DNA of 37,764 nucleotides from Nitrospirota bacterium (GTDB lineage Bacteria; Nitrospirota; Nitrospiria; JACQBW01): NCBI GenBank assembly GCA_016201875.1, contig JACQBY010000028.1, positions 1 to 37,764 of the forward strand, read 5' to 3'. Shown piece by piece: positions 37,103 to 37,764 of this stretch (position 1 is its first letter; each line of letters starts with the position of its first letter). The notes under the pieces were generated by a model. It saw only the letters and a program-made list of their open reading frames with translations, ran no database searches and was not told where the DNA came from. The position numbers and the translations under genes were made by a program.

Positions 37103-37630
37103 AAAACCCTCATATATATGGTTAAAACTGGTATTTAATACAATCCAGACAAACTAAATAAGCCACACCACCGAATTAATAAAATTTCTTTGTCACCTCG
37201 GCAGCCCGGCTTCCTTTATGTTTCCTAAAGACCCGTTGCTTTATACCCTGCTGTCACCAGCAGTTTGCCCTGACAGAAGGTGAATTCTTTAAGACGAATT
37301 TCGTTTTACTGAGATTCGTAAGAAGGCCAGTCTGAACATCCCTAGAATGACCCTATCATTGCCTGTCGCCGCCATTTGCTAAAGATTAAAAGTTCGCCCC
37401 TCTCCGTTGCTCTACAAATCATTAAACAGGCAGCTATTTTCGTATAGCTTCTAAACGTCGGCACCTCCGGCTAAAGTTCATGAAGAAGAACTTTTTACAA
37501 CTTTTTTAAAAAGGAAGAAAAATAAGATTCCTGTTCATACCATAAAGATAAGACATCCGTCACCTGTCAATTTGGACAGGTCACTAGCCAAGAATCGCTA
37601 TATAATCATGGGGAGTTGAATCCTTAATCT

Positions 37631-37764
37631 TTAAACAATTTTTTTGTATTTAAGAAAAATGATCGCATAGGCAACCAATCCTGGATTGGTCACATCCCGT
37701 CTTCCCCAGATCCTGCCGTTATAAGACCGCTGTATTTTTAAATCCAAACCCCCATTTCCAGGCA
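37631..37764 (-). CDS. 3' end of a truncated second copy of the rhs N-terminal region (5' end outside the window)
   Basis: My minus-strand translation is ...LPGNGGLDLKIQRSYNGRIWGRRDVTNPGLVAY, then the unrelated AIIFLKYKKIV* (stop at 37631-37633). It is in frame across the G run, here G5. Confidence 0.65.
   Translation of the reverse strand, partial: PGNGGLDLKIQRSYNGRIWGRRDVTNPGLVAYAIIFLKYKKIV
37671..37764. repeat. Direct repeat of the rhs 5' region, copy 2
   Basis: Matches 35358-35452 (see copy 1). Confidence 0.9.

Noticed and set aside
1-37764. Scan for rRNA, tRNA, CRISPR arrays, IS elements or integrases in all intergenic regions
   Set aside because: I saw no cloverleaf-like or rRNA-like sequence, no regularly spaced repeats, and no transposase or recombinase-like ORF by eye. 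A tRNAscan, Infernal or ISfinder run is still needed to be certain.

Overview
This is a bacterial chromosomal window. I cannot assign a taxon by eye. All domain calls come from motif recognition in the supplied translations, with no searches run.

Gene order, left to right:
- DUF503 <- infB <- nusA <- rimP operon (minus strand).
- A scarred integration site at the 3' end of a class IV aminotransferase gene. It holds a ParE/RelE toxin-antitoxin pair between perfect 43-bp direct repeats, plus an older nested insertion.
- rel (RelA/SpoT).
- A minus-strand signalling gene string: short PilZ ORF, PilZ-fused alpha-oxoamine synthase, 1170-aa 7TM-GAF double histidine kinase with an internal receiver, and a receiver-kinase hybrid.
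- ABC-F ATPase, ilvD plus a monothiol glutaredoxin, a GIY-YIG protein and small membrane proteins.
- glk-rtcB-archease.
- Glycogen genes glgB-GH57-malQ.
- At the right end, an rhs/YD-repeat locus.

I found no rRNA, tRNA, CRISPR array, integrase or transposase.

The two best candidates for something undescribed are:
1. The PilZ-gated alpha-oxoamine synthase sitting directly upstream of a 7TM sensor kinase. This follows CqsA/CqsS-like signal synthase/receptor logic, coupled to c-di-GMP.
2. The rearranged rhs locus. A signal-peptide YD-repeat shell ends in FN3-FN3-CARDB instead of a core/toxin and is frameshifted at a G6 run. Upstream of it sits a stand-alone 'shell-less' RHS-core tip carrying a putative zinc phospholipase-C-like toxin domain, plus a small membrane immunity candidate. 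The cassette is bracketed by a duplicated copy of the rhs 5' end.
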